Positions 37,785 to 47,740 of a stretch of 64,000 bases of DNA are shown here, in pieces. The stretch covers positions 2,656,001 through 2,720,000 of the forward strand of contig OZ251459.1 of assembly GCA_965242525.1 (NCBI GenBank), read 5' to 3'. The position numbers and the translations under genes are program-made. A model generated the notes under the pieces. It was not told the origin of the DNA, did not search any database, and saw nothing but the letters and a program-made list of their open reading frames with translations. This DNA is from an uncultured Candidatus Binatia bacterium. Lineage in GTDB: Bacteria > Desulfobacterota > Binatia > UBA9968 > JAJDTQ01. Positions within the stretch are counted from its first letter, which is position 1; each line of letters opens with the position of its first letter.

Positions 37785-39449
37785 GTGAGCGAGCTCCGCA
37801 AGGTAGCCAGGGCAACGGGCGTGGTCGGCTCCATGACCCTCCTGAGCCGCGTTTCCGGCCTCGCCCGGGACATCGCCATCGGGTATCTCCTGGGAGCCCG
37901 AAGCGCCGCGGACGCGTTCTTCGTCGCCTTCCGGATACCGAACCTGTTGCGGCGCCTCACCGCGGAAGGCGCCCTGTCCGCGGGGTTCGTTCCGGTGGTC
38001 TCCGGTTGCCTGGCCACCCGAGGCCGCGGGGCCGCGGTGGAGGCCAGCCGCGTGATCGTGACCTTCGCGGTCCTGTTCCTCGTCCTGCTGACCGCGGTGG
38101 GCGTGCTCTTCCCGTCTCCGCTCACGCGGCTGTTCGCGCCGGGGTTCTCCGCGACGCCGGAGCGGTTCTCCCTCACCGTGCAGCTCCTTCGGATCATGTT
38201 CCCCAGCATCTTCTTCGTCAGCCTCCTGGCCCTCGCCATGGGCTACCTGAACACCTTCGGCCACTTCATGGCGCCGTCCGTGGCGCCGGTGCTGCTGAAC
38301 CTGTCCATCATCGCCTCCGCGGTCCTCCTCGTTCCGCTGCTGTCCGAACCGGTCCTGAGCCTGGCCTACGGGGTCCTGCTGGGCAGCGTGGCGCAACTCC
38401 TCTTGCAGCTCCCCTTCCTGCGCCGCCACGGGTTCTCCTGGCGGCCGAGCCTGGACTTTCGCAGCGAGGCGATGCGCCGGTTCCTGCGGCTCATCGGTCC
38501 TGCGGTCATCGGCGCCGCGGTGTATCAACTGAACGTCCTGGTGAGCACGGTCCTGGCTTCGTTGCTGGAGCCGGGCAGCGTCTCCTACCTCTACTATGCC
38601 GACCGCTTGGCGCAGTTCCCCCTGGGGGTCTTCGCCGTGGCCCTGGGCACCGCGGCGCTGCCGAGTTTCTCGTCGTTGGCGGCGCGCGGCGACATGCCCG
38701 GGTTGAAGACGACCCTGGGCTACTCGCTGCGGATGGTGAACTTCGTCTCGCTCCCCTCGGCCCTGGGGTTGATGGTGGTGGCCGTGCCCGCGTTCTCGCT
38801 GCTCTTCCTGCGGGGCGCCTTCGACGCCGCGGACGTGCTCGCCAGCGCCCGCGCCCTGGTGTTCCTTGCCCTGGGGTTGTGGGCGGTTTCCGGCAGCCGC
38901 GTCCTGGTGGCCCTGTTCCATGCCATGCAGGACACCCGGACCCCGGTCCGGGTGGCTTTCTGGAGCTTCGCGCTGAACCTGTTCCTGAGCCTGCTGCTGA
39001 TCGGCCCGGTGGCCGCGGGACCGGGGGACAACCCGTTCGTGCTGGCGGTGGCCGCGGTCAGCCATGGCGTCGGCCTGCTCAGCCTTTCCTACGTGGGCCT
39101 GGCCCTCGCCAACTCGTTGTCCGCGACCTTCCAGTTCACGGTGCTCCTGTGGCTCGTCACCCGCCGCCTGGGGGGGTTCGCCTGGAAGGAGTACCTGTCG
39201 TCGCTCGGGCGCAACCTCACCGCGGCCGCGGTGATGGCGGGTCCCCTGTTCCTGATGGCCGGACGCATGCAGTGGGACCCCCGCACCGGCGCATTGTCCA
39301 TGCAGGCGCTGGGCTTCCTCGCCCTGGTGGCGGGCGGAACGGCGCTCTACGCGCTGGCTGTCAGGTGGTTGCGAAGCCCGGATTGGCCGTTGGCGCGGGA
39401 AATGGGAGCCGCCCTCCTGGAGCGGCTCCCACGCTTGACGAAAAAGTGA
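37785..39449 (+). CDS. murJ: Lipid II flippase MurJ (MviN)
   Basis: SRVSGLARD, DAFFVAFRIPNLLRRLTAEG, YADRL.QFPLG, DTRTP; GTG with GAGGAG RBS. Confidence 0.97.
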   Translation: MSELRKVARATGVVGSMTLLSRVSGLARDIAIGYLLGARSAADAFFVAFRIPNLLRRLTAEGALSAGFVPVVSGCLATRGRGAAVEASRVIVTFAVLFLVLLTAVGVLFPSPLTRLFAPGFSATPERFSLTVQLLRIMFPSIFFVSLLALAMGYLNTFGHFMAPSVAPVLLNLSIIASAVLLVPLLSEPVLSLAYGVLLGSVAQLLLQLPFLRRHGFSWRPSLDFRSEAMRRFLRLIGPAVIGAAVYQLNVLVSTVLASLLEPGSVSYLYYADRLAQFPLGVFAVALGTAALPSFSSLAARGDMPGLKTTLGYSLRMVNFVSLPSALGLMVVAVPAFSLLFLRGAFDAADVLASARALVFLALGLWAVSGSRVLVALFHAMQDTRTPVRVAFWSFALNLFLSLLLIGPVAAGPGDNPFVLAVAAVSHGVGLLSLSYVGLALANSLSATFQFTVLLWLVTRRLGGFAWKEYLSSLGRNLTAAAVMAGPLFLMAGRMQWDPRTGALSMQALGFLALVAGGTALYALAVRWLRSPDWPLAREMGAALLERLPRLTKK

Positions 39450-39512
39450 CCCGGGACGGGGTGATGACTTGATACAGGCGACCCCAGGTCACCGGGATGG
39501 CGGCGTCGGACG

Positions 39513-39869
39513 CTATTTCCGCATGGTCTTTTCGAACATGGCCGCTGCCCTGGCCGCGGCGCGTTCGGCTCTTTCCGCGGCGCGTTCGGCGCGTCCGGCA
39601 GCGGCGTCGGCCCTGCCGACTGCGGCGTCTGCGCTACTCGCGGCGTCTGCGGCGCGTCCGGCAGCGGCGTCCGCTTTGCCCGCGGCGTCTTCAGCGCGTC
39701 CGGCGGCGGCGTTGGCCTTGCCGGCCGCATCGTTGACCGCCTGGGCGTCGGCCTTGTACGCGGGGTGCTGGTGATCGACCACTGAACAACCGCTACCCAG
39801 CAGGGCGAGAACCCCCAGGCAAACGGCCGCCCTTCCCATGTTCCTCATGTATCTCGACGACTGCTTCAC
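39513..39869 (-). CDS. Alanine-zipper outer membrane lipoprotein (OprI/Lpp-like)
   Basis: Lipobox GSGC; heptad repeats AAGKANA/AAGRAED; C-terminal MFEKTMRK ending in Lys. Confidence 0.8.
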   Translation of the reverse strand: MKQSSRYMRNMGRAAVCLGVLALLGSGCSVVDHQHPAYKADAQAVNDAAGKANAAAGRAEDAAGKADAAAGRAADAASSADAAVGRADAAAGRAERAAERAERAAARAAAMFEKTMRK

Positions 39870-40045
39870 AGTAAGCCTCCTTCCGTGGCTCTGGTTTCTC
39901 GAATCGCGCGGGCGCCGCTGATTCTGCTGGTCAGGAAAAGTTACAAGCTCTTACCTTATAGCCTTATTCGTGCGCAAGAGCAAGGGACGCGACGGTTCCC
40001 GCCGGAATCCGCGGCCCGTCGCAGTGAGCGGCCGGATCTGCTAAA

Positions 40046-40236
40046 GGAAACTCGGGACAATCCCGGAGGAAGAGCGCGTCCTTCGACTTCGCTTCGCTAC
40101 GCTCAGGACGAACGGGGACGGGAAGGTCGCGCGAGGGAATACCCAGCGGGGGTTCCTGCCTCCCTCAGGATGTTTCGGACAGGAAGGTCGCGCGAGGGAG
40201 CGCCCCTCGTCCACGGCTCGATTGTCCGGGGTTTCC
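40046..40236. mobile_element. MITE copy
   Basis: GGAAACTCGGGACAATC ... GATTGTCCGGGGTTTCC with REP core. Confidence 0.8.
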
Positions 40237-40313
40237 TGGGGATGGAAATGGCCGGCCGCGGGTTCCCGCCGTCGGTCCGCGGCCCTTGGCCTCCGTCTCC
40301 CTGCTCGACCACC

Positions 40314-41039
40314 ATGACCGCGATCCTCCCGAAGCTCACCCGCGAGATGGAAAGGGTGCGTTCGTGCCTGATTCGGTCCCTGGCCGCGGTGCTGGCGCTG
40401 TTCGCCGGAGGACTGTTTCTCGCCCCGCAACTCTTCGAGGTGCTGGTGGAGCCCCTGAAGAGCCGGCTTCCGCCGGGGCAGAGCCTGATCGGTACGGGAG
40501 TGGCGGAGGTCTTCTTCGTCGAGATCAAGGTGGCTTTCCTCGCGGCCGTCCTGGCGGGAAGCCCGGCCATCTTCTACCAGGTATGGCGTATCCTGGCGCC
40601 GACGTTCGGCGCCGAAGGCAGGAAAGCCCTTCTGGTGGGCTTCGTCGGCGCCGCTTCGCTGTTCTTCGTGTCGGGCGCGGTGTTCTGCTACCGGAACGTG
40701 CTGCCCCTGGCGTTCCTGTATTTCCTGGACCAGTACGGCGCGCTCGGGGTCAGCCCGGAAATCCGCGTGTCGGAGTATTTCTCCTTCTTCTGCCGCATCG
40801 TCGTCGCCTTCGGCGTGACGTTCCAACTGCCGGTGCTGACGTTCTTCCTGGCCCGCACCGGGGTGTGGAACCACCGTTTCCTCTGGCATCATTTCCGCTA
40901 CGCCCTGCTGGCGATGTTCGTGCTGGCCGCGGTGCTGACGCCGCCGGACGTGGTCTCGCAACTGCTGTTGGCCGGGCCGCTGATCGTCCTCTACCTGTTG
41001 AGCATCGGAGTGGCCTACCTGGTCGGACGCGGCCGGTAG
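40314..41039 (+). CDS. tatC: Twin-arginine translocase subunit TatC
   Basis: FYQVW, FGVTFQLPV, AAVLTPPDVVSQLLLAGP; multiple TM helices. Confidence 0.9.
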   Translation: MTAILPKLTREMERVRSCLIRSLAAVLALFAGGLFLAPQLFEVLVEPLKSRLPPGQSLIGTGVAEVFFVEIKVAFLAAVLAGSPAIFYQVWRILAPTFGAEGRKALLVGFVGAASLFFVSGAVFCYRNVLPLAFLYFLDQYGALGVSPEIRVSEYFSFFCRIVVAFGVTFQLPVLTFFLARTGVWNHRFLWHHFRYALLAMFVLAAVLTPPDVVSQLLLAGPLIVLYLLSIGVAYLVGRGR

Positions 41040-41102
41040 GCCTCGGGACGGCAGGCGGAGTCTCGATGAAACCCTGAACAAGAGCGAAAGGGATCACGCC
41101 AC

Positions 41103-41258
41103 CATTGCTCCGCAGACGCCCACGATGGATTCCCGCTTTCGCGGGAATGACGGGGAGGGGTAGCGTCTGCGACGCCAAACCAGGGACGGCATGGTCGGAA
41201 TGGGAGGGGAGCGGACCTTGTCGTGTGCGTGGGGAGTGTCACAACCCACACGAATTCC
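41103..41258. repeat. Second-family REP composite, inverted copy of 29673-29838
   Basis: CATTGCTCCGCAGACGCCC, TGGATTCCCGCTTTCGCGGGAATGAC, GGGGAGTGTCACAACCCACACGAATTCC. Confidence 0.85.
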
Positions 41259-41267
41259 TGAAGAGCC

Positions 41268-41448
41268 GACAATCGAGCCGTGGATGGTGGTATTCCCCCA
41301 CGTGACCTTCCTTCTCCTTCAGGCCGCCTATGGGCAGCACGCTGCCCCGGGAGCATTCCCTCGCGTGACCTTCTTTCCCCGTTCGTCCTGAGCGTAGCGT
41401 AGCGAAGTCGAAGGACGCGCTCTTCCTCCGGGATTGTCCCGGGTTTCC
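41268..41448. repeat. MITE copy, inverted relative of 40046-40236
   Basis: REP core 41378-41420; end GATTGTCCCGGGTTTCC. Confidence 0.8.
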
Positions 41449-41538
41449 TCAAGGGGGTCGGACGGGGACGGGTTGCGGGCCCGTGGACGCCGGGCTTCGG
41501 AGCCCCGGGCCGCGGCCTTGCGGGAACAGGGGCCGGGG

Positions 41539-42297
41539 TCAGGTCGCGTAGTCGGGCTCTTCGCGGTCGAGGATGCGTTTCAACGCTGCGAAGTGGCGCT
41601 CCGCGGCGAGGTCCTCGCCGCCGGCCCGTTGCCGCCGGAGGTAGTCGGTGGTCTGCGGGGAAAGGCGCGCGAGTTGGTGGCCGCCCGTTTCCGCCAGCAC
41701 CTGGACTTGGCAAGCGCGTTCCAGGAAATAGAGCCGATCGAAGGCCTCCGCCACGGTCCTGCCCGCGGCGATGACTCCGTGGTTGGCCATGAACAGCACG
41801 TTCTTGTCCGCCATGGCATGGGCGATCCTCCCTCCCTCCGCGCCGTCGAGCACGAGGCCGTTGTAGTCCTCCAGGTAGGCCACGTCGTCGGCGAACCGGG
41901 TGCTGGTCTGGTGCAGCATCTCCAGGCGGCCCCCCTGGCGGCAGGCGATGGCGGTGGCGTAGGGCATATGGGTATGCAGCAGGCAACGGAACTCTCCCGG
42001 GTTGGCCCGGTGCAGCGGCGCATGGATGTGCAGGGCGGTGGGCTCGACCTCGTGGACGCCCTCCACGCGGGTCCCCTGCAAGTCCACGAGGATGAGGTTG
42101 CTCGCCGTCACTTCCGACCAGTGGAGCGGGTAGGGGTTCAACAACATCAGGTCGTCCCGCCCGGGCACGAGGAAACTGAAGTGGTTGTCGATCCCTTCGT
42201 GGAACCCGAACCGGACGGCGAGACGGTAGGCCGCGGCAAGGTCCAGGCGGGCCTGCCTTGCCGCTTCCCGGTCGTACCAGAGGCTTCGTTTGGCCAC
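41539..42297 (-). CDS. Class II aldolase/adducin family protein
   Basis: DLAAAYR, EGIDNHFS, IHAPLH, LHTHMPY, FMANHG, YFLERAC; GTG with AGGAGG RBS. Confidence 0.92.
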   Translation of the reverse strand: MAKRSLWYDREAARQARLDLAAAYRLAVRFGFHEGIDNHFSFLVPGRDDLMLLNPYPLHWSEVTASNLILVDLQGTRVEGVHEVEPTALHIHAPLHRANPGEFRCLLHTHMPYATAIACRQGGRLEMLHQTSTRFADDVAYLEDYNGLVLDGAEGGRIAHAMADKNVLFMANHGVIAAGRTVAEAFDRLYFLERACQVQVLAETGGHQLARLSPQTTDYLRRQRAGGEDLAAERHFAALKRILDREEPDYAT

Positions 42298-42496
42298 GGA
42301 TGGCGCCTCCTGTGCGTGATGTGCGCGGCTTCGCGGCCGCCGGCCGTGCGGCGTCGGCCCGGCGCCCGGAAACCGCGCGCCCCGGAGTGTGCGACAAACG
42401 AGCGGCGGGCGCAAGCGTCCGGGGTTCCCTTGATTACCGCGGCGCCAACCCCTAGACTGGCCCGGATCGATCATCCCCGCGACCGGGCCATCTGGC

Positions 42497-43975
42497 ATGC
42501 ATACCCTGGAACAACTCTACAACAATTCGCTGGCGCTGCTGACCGACCTCTACCAGTTGACCATGGCGTACGCCTACTGGAAGTCCGGCACTGCGCGAAA
42601 GGAGGCGGTGTTCCACCTCTCCTTTCGGGAGAACCCCTATCGCGGCGGGTTCGCCGTCGGGTGCGGGCTCGGCCACGTGGTGGGGGTGCTCAGCCGGTTC
42701 GGGTTCGACGCCAGCGACCTGGACTACCTGTCGCAACTGCGCGGCAACGACGACGAGCGCCTCTTCGAGGACGCCTTCCTCGACTACCTGCGCGACTGCC
42801 GCTTCGTCTGCGACGTGGACGCGGCGCCGGAGGGGACGGTGGTGTTCCCCCACGAACCCCTGGTGCGGGTCCGCGGCCCCATCCTGCAATGCCAGATCCT
42901 GGAGACGGTGCTGCTCAACGTCATCTGCTTCCAGACGCTCATCGCCACCAAGGCGGCCCGGGTCTGCCAGTCCGCCCGGGGGGAGCCGGTGCTGGAGTTC
43001 GGACTGAGGCGCGCCCAGGGGTTCGACGGAGCGCTGGCGGCGAGCCGGGCGGCCTACGTGGGGGGCTGCGCGGGGACGTCCAACGCCCTTGCCGGAAAGC
43101 TCTTCGACATCCCGGTCAAGGGGACCCACGCCCACAGTTGGGTGCTGTCCTTCGACGACGAGACGGAGGCTTTCGAGACCTACGCCGAGGCCATGCCCAA
43201 CAACTGCCTCCTGCTGGTGGATACCTTCGACAGCCTGAACGGCGTCCGCAAGGCGGTGGAGATCGGCCGCAAGCTGCGGGAGCGGGGCCACGAGATGGTG
43301 GGCGTCCGGTTGGACTCCGGAGACCTGGCCTTCCTCAGCGTCGAGGCGCGCCGTATCCTGGACGAGGCCGGCTTTCCCGACGCGGTCATCGTGGGCAGCA
43401 ACGACCTGGACGAGCACGTGATCGCCTCCCTCAAGGAGGAGGGCGCGCGCATCAACGTGTGGGGCGTGGGCACCAAGCTCGCCACCGGCTATGACCAGCC
43501 CGCCCTCGGCGGAGTTTACAAGTTGTCCTGCGTCCGGTCCGAGGGCGAGCAGTGGGTGAACAAGGTGAAGCTGTCGGAGCAGGCCATCAAGGTATCGACG
43601 CCGGGGATCCTCCAGGTGCGGCGTTTCCACGGAGCCGGCCGGTTCGTTGCGGACGCCATCTACGACGAGTCCCTGGGCATCGCCGACGGCTGCACCATCG
43701 TGGATCCCATGAACATGACCCGCAGGAAGCCCATACCCGGGGGGACCGGGTTCCGGGACCTGCTGGTGCCGGTGTTCCGCAACGGCGAGCCGGTTTACGA
43801 CGTGCCGTCGGTGCACGCCGCCCGGGAGCGGGCCCGGGACGAGTTGACGGGTTTCCACAACAGCATCAAGCGCAGGGTGAACCCGCACGAATATCCCGTG
43901 GGCCTGGAGGCGCGGCTCCACGACATGAAGACGCAGCTCGTGCTGCACGCCCGCGGGGTCAACGGAGCGGGTTAG
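42497..43975 (+). CDS. pncB: Nicotinate phosphoribosyltransferase
   Basis: LLTDLYQLTM, EFGLRRAQG, GTHAHSW, LVDTFD, VRLDSGDL, GVGT, LGGVYKL. Confidence 0.96.
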   Translation: MHTLEQLYNNSLALLTDLYQLTMAYAYWKSGTARKEAVFHLSFRENPYRGGFAVGCGLGHVVGVLSRFGFDASDLDYLSQLRGNDDERLFEDAFLDYLRDCRFVCDVDAAPEGTVVFPHEPLVRVRGPILQCQILETVLLNVICFQTLIATKAARVCQSARGEPVLEFGLRRAQGFDGALAASRAAYVGGCAGTSNALAGKLFDIPVKGTHAHSWVLSFDDETEAFETYAEAMPNNCLLLVDTFDSLNGVRKAVEIGRKLRERGHEMVGVRLDSGDLAFLSVEARRILDEAGFPDAVIVGSNDLDEHVIASLKEEGARINVWGVGTKLATGYDQPALGGVYKLSCVRSEGEQWVNKVKLSEQAIKVSTPGILQVRRFHGAGRFVADAIYDESLGIADGCTIVDPMNMTRRKPIPGGTGFRDLLVPVFRNGEPVYDVPSVHAARERARDELTGFHNSIKRRVNPHEYPVGLEARLHDMKTQLVLHARGVNGAG

Positions 43976-44017
43976 CCTTCCCCGCCTCCCCGAGGTCCAT
44001 GGGGCGCGCTCTGCGAA

Positions 44018-44092
44018 GAGGCGAACGGGGACAGGGGTCAGGGTGAAGGAATCGGGAACCCGTCCCGGATGTCCCGATCGTTCAGAGGTTCC
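44018..44092. repeat. Degenerate MITE half abutting the MFS start codon
   Basis: CGAACGGGG...GGATGTCCCGATCGTTCAGAGGTTCC. Confidence 0.7.
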
Positions 44093-44094
44093 CC

Positions 44095-45306
44095 ATGAAC
44101 ATCCTCGGACGGCTCCACGACGCGGTTGGCCGGTTGGGCCGGGAGCGTCTCCGGCTCCTGGGTTTCATCACCCTGGCCCACTTCGCCATCCACTGGTTCA
44201 TGCAGCTCTTCCCGGTGATCGTGCCCACCCTCAAGGGGAGCATGGGCCTCAACGACGTGCAGGTGGGCGGCCTCACGTCCATGCGCATGGCGTCCCAGGC
44301 GGCGTTGAACTTTCCCTCCGGGGTCATGGCCGACGCATGGGTCCACCGGCGCTCGTTCATCGTGACCTCTTCGCTGGTCTTCATGGGGCTCTGCTACTGG
44401 GTGTTCGGGTCCCTGTCCGGTTACGGATGGGCGCTGCTCGCGGTGGGCCTTCTCTCGGTGGGCACGTCGCTGTTCCATCCCGCGGCGATGGCCTCGTTGT
44501 CCAACCGGTTCCCGGAGCGCCGCGCCACCGCCATCGCCATCTACGGCATGGGCGCGACCCTGGGGAACACCGTGACGCCGCTGGCCGTGGGCGTCCTGCT
44601 GGCCAGCTTCCCGTGGCAGCGGGTGCTGGAGAGCCAGCTCCCGGTGGCCCTTTCGGCTGCGGGCCTGGTGTGGCTCTACGCCGCGCGCATGTTCGAGGGC
44701 GACGAGGTCCCGGTCAAGAAGGCCAAGCCGATGGCGGAGATGAAGGGGCTTGCGCGCAACCCCGTGTTCCTGGCGCTGGTGCTGGCGCGCAGCTTCAACC
44801 ACACCGCCCGGCAGGTGACCATGACGTTCCTGCCCATCTACCTCGTCGAGCACCTGGGCTACGCCTCGGTGGGACTGGGCGCCTACCTCATGTTGATGAG
44901 CGTGTCGGGCCTGGTGGCCCAGCCGGTGATGGGGGTGCTGTCCGACCGGGTGGGCCGCAAGGCGGTGCTGGGGCCTTCGCTCCTGGCCCTGGGGCTCGCG
45001 TGCCTCCTGCTCCAGTGGGCAACGTCGGACACGGCGTTGGCTCTGGTGGTCATCGCCATCGGGTTCCTGTTCTACACGGTGGCCAACGCCACCACCGCGG
45101 CGGTCCTCGACGTGGCCACCAAGAGCAGCCAGGCATCCGCCTTCGGACTCATGTCTCTGGGCACCAACCTCATGGTGGTGCCCATGCCCATGCTGGCGGG
45201 ATACCTGAGCGTGCGTTTCGGCATACTGGCGGCCTTCGTGTTCCCGGCCGTCTGCCTGCTGGCGGGCGGTTGCCTCATCCTGCTGCTGCGGTTCGAGAGG
45301 GACTGA
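44095..45306 (+). CDS. MFS transporter (Fsr-like)
   Basis: About 12 TM helices; FHPAA; GVLSDRVGRK. Confidence 0.92.
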   Translation: MNILGRLHDAVGRLGRERLRLLGFITLAHFAIHWFMQLFPVIVPTLKGSMGLNDVQVGGLTSMRMASQAALNFPSGVMADAWVHRRSFIVTSSLVFMGLCYWVFGSLSGYGWALLAVGLLSVGTSLFHPAAMASLSNRFPERRATAIAIYGMGATLGNTVTPLAVGVLLASFPWQRVLESQLPVALSAAGLVWLYAARMFEGDEVPVKKAKPMAEMKGLARNPVFLALVLARSFNHTARQVTMTFLPIYLVEHLGYASVGLGAYLMLMSVSGLVAQPVMGVLSDRVGRKAVLGPSLLALGLACLLLQWATSDTALALVVIAIGFLFYTVANATTAAVLDVATKSSQASAFGLMSLGTNLMVVPMPMLAGYLSVRFGILAAFVFPAVCLLAGGCLILLLRFERD

Positions 45307-45307
45307 A

Positions 45308-45469
45308 GGAACGTCTGCTCCATTCGGCTCCCTGTGGGAAAGCGCGTCCTTCGACTTCGCTTCGCTACGCTCAGGACGAACGGGGATAGTCGTTCCGGGT
45401 CCATGCCTACGAACGGGACGGTTTCAACGCTACGCTCAGGACGAACGGGGGTAATCGTTCCGGGTTTCC
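45308..45469. mobile_element. MITE copy with two cores
   Basis: GGAACGTCTG ... CGTTCCGGGTTTCC; near-TSD TGAA/CGAA. Confidence 0.7.
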
Positions 45470-45525
45470 CGAAGACGCGGCGGGCGGGACCCGGCCCGGT
45501 TGACCGCGGCGGGGCCTGATGTTAG

Positions 45526-45677
45526 GGAACGTCCGGACAATCGAGACATGGAGGATGGATTCCCTCACCTTGACTCTCCTATCCTCGTTCATCCTCATCC
45601 CCGTTCGTCCTGAGCGTAGCGAAGCGGAGTCGAAGGACGCTTTCATGCTCCCCCTGTCCCGATTGTCCAGAGTTTCC
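45526..45677. mobile_element. MITE copy
   Basis: GGAACGTCCGGACAATCGAGAC ... GTCCCGATTGTCCAGAGTTTCC; near-TSD TTAG/TCAG. Confidence 0.8.
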
Positions 45678-45718
45678 TCAGGCAGGTCTTCTCGAAACCC
45701 TGACCGCGGGAGGTTTCC

Positions 45719-46792
45719 ATGAACGCAAGCGAACTCGCCGTCGTCGATGCCGACGGCCACCTGATCGAGTCCATCCCCGAGATGGCGGAGTACATGGCGC
45801 CGGAAGCGAAGGAATACGCCCTGAACCCGCCCCGGAACCGGGCCGGCGTGTTCCCGTCCATCGACGGCATGCACTACCCGGAGACCGAGGAGAACACCGC
45901 GGCCAGCCGCATCAACCCGGTGCGGGCCAGCGACCAACGGCCGGGCTCCGGCGAGGACATCTTCGAGTTCGTCAAGAAGGCCGAGATCGCCGACTCGGTG
46001 CTCTACGCCACCGAAGGGTTGTCCCTGGGCTTCATCCAGCAACCGAGCTACGCGGTGAAGGTGTGCCGGGCCTACAACGACTACGTCACCGAGCGGTACC
46101 GCGGCATCAGCAAGCGGCTGCATCCCATCGCGCTCCTGCCCATGCAGGACCCCGGGGCCGCGGCCCTGGAGTTGCGCCGGTGCGTGAAGGAGATGGGGCT
46201 CCTGGGCGGCATGCTTCCCTCCACCGGCCTGGAGTTGCACCTGGGCCACGAGTTCTACGGTCCGGTGTACGAGGAAGCGGCAGAGCTCGGTTGCGTGCTG
46301 GGCATCCACGGCGGCTCCAACCGGGGCGTGGGCATGGATTCGTTCAGCAGCCGCCTGGGGTCCCGGTTGCTGCACCACCCGGTCCCGCTCATGATCGCCC
46401 TGGTCTCGTTCATCTACCACGGCTGGTTCGACCGTTACCCGACCCTCAAGGTGGCCTTCCTGGAGGGAGGGTGCGCGTGGCTGACCTGCATCGCCGACCG
46501 CATGGAGCGGGACGCGGAGCTGGAAGGGCTGTCGTGCCGCCCGCTGCCGGAATACATCGCCAGCGGCCAGGTCCTCATCGGCTGCGAGGGCAACGACGTG
46601 AGCCTGCCGTACCTGGCCGGGCGCGTGGGCATCGAACCCTTCGCCTATTCCTCGGACTACCCCCATGAGGTGGACCTGCCCGCGGCCCGGCGCATGATCG
46701 AGGAGACGCGCAACCACGCGGAGTTGTCCGAAGAGCACAAGGCGGCGGTGCTGGGAGACAACGCGCGCCGCTTCTACGGCCTGGACGGATGA
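45719..46792 (+). CDS. Amidohydrolase family (amidohydro_2) protein
   Basis: VDADGH, RAYNDY, GIHG, AFLEGG, SSDYPH, LGDNARRFY. Confidence 0.9.
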   Translation: MNASELAVVDADGHLIESIPEMAEYMAPEAKEYALNPPRNRAGVFPSIDGMHYPETEENTAASRINPVRASDQRPGSGEDIFEFVKKAEIADSVLYATEGLSLGFIQQPSYAVKVCRAYNDYVTERYRGISKRLHPIALLPMQDPGAAALELRRCVKEMGLLGGMLPSTGLELHLGHEFYGPVYEEAAELGCVLGIHGGSNRGVGMDSFSSRLGSRLLHHPVPLMIALVSFIYHGWFDRYPTLKVAFLEGGCAWLTCIADRMERDAELEGLSCRPLPEYIASGQVLIGCEGNDVSLPYLAGRVGIEPFAYSSDYPHEVDLPAARRMIEETRNHAELSEEHKAAVLGDNARRFYGLDG

Positions 46793-46816
46793 CCCGTCGG
46801 CCGGCCCCCACCCGCC

Positions 46817-47740
46817 GTGGTCGTTGAAGTCTCCGGCGTCTCCAAGCGCTTCGGCGCGCGGGCGGCGGTGGACGACCTTACCCTGGACGTGCCGCAAGGG
46901 GTCTGCTTCGGCCTCCTGGGCCCCAACGGCGCCGGCAAGACCACGACCCTCCGCATGGTCTATGGCGTGGCCCAGCCCACCCGGGGGCGCGTCCGCGTCT
47001 TCGGCCTGGACGTGTCGCGCCACGTGCGCGCGGTGCGCAAGCGGCTGGGGGTGACGCTGCAACAGAACGTGCTGGTGGAGCCGTTGTCGCCCCGGGAGAA
47101 CCTGACGGTCTTCGGGCGCTACCATCTCCTGGGCGAGGCCGAGTTGGCCCAGCGGGTGGAAGAGCTCCTGGACTTCATGGAGCTCCGCTCCCATGCGGAC
47201 GCGCCGGTCTCCACGCTATCGGGAGGGTATCAACGGCGGCTGGCGGTGGCCCTGTCGCTGGTGAACCGCCCGGAACTCCTGATCCTCGACGAACCCACCA
47301 CCGGGCTCGACCCCGGGGTGCGGCTCGCCCTCTGGTCGAGGGTGCGCGAGCTTCGGCGCAACGGCGCCACGATCCTGTTGACCACCCATTACATGGACGA
47401 GGCCCAGCGCTTGTGCGACCACGTGGCCATCATGTCGGCCGGCAAGGTCATCGCACAGGGACCGCCGCAGGAGCTGATCCTGCGCTACCTGGCCAGGGAG
47501 ACCGTGGAGATCGAAGCGACGCCGGAGGAAGAGTATGCGCTGCTGCGGCAGTTCGACGAGGTCCCGCAACTCTACCGCGCCGGCAACCGCACCATGATCT
47601 ACCTGGACCACCCGCAGCGGCTCCTGGACCGTATCCGGGACCTGGAGCGGTCCGACTGGGGCGCGGTCATCGTCCGGCCCACCAACCTGGAGGACGTGTT
47701 CCTGACCCTCACCGGTGCTACCCTCGAGGACTCCCCGTGA
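46817..47740 (+). CDS. ABC-2 exporter ATP-binding protein (NodI-like)
   Basis: GPNGAGKTT, LSGG, LDEPTTGLDP, TTHYMDEA. Confidence 0.93.
   Translation: MVVEVSGVSKRFGARAAVDDLTLDVPQGVCFGLLGPNGAGKTTTLRMVYGVAQPTRGRVRVFGLDVSRHVRAVRKRLGVTLQQNVLVEPLSPRENLTVFGRYHLLGEAELAQRVEELLDFMELRSHADAPVSTLSGGYQRRLAVALSLVNRPELLILDEPTTGLDPGVRLALWSRVRELRRNGATILLTTHYMDEAQRLCDHVAIMSAGKVIAQGPPQELILRYLARETVEIEATPEEEYALLRQFDEVPQLYRAGNRTMIYLDHPQRLLDRIRDLERSDWGAVIVRPTNLEDVFLTLTGATLEDSP

Noticed and set aside
42497-43975. pncB as an NAD-restoring partner of the TIR/SIR2 NADases
   Set aside because: It has backbone GC, lies outside the island, and looks like a housekeeping salvage enzyme.
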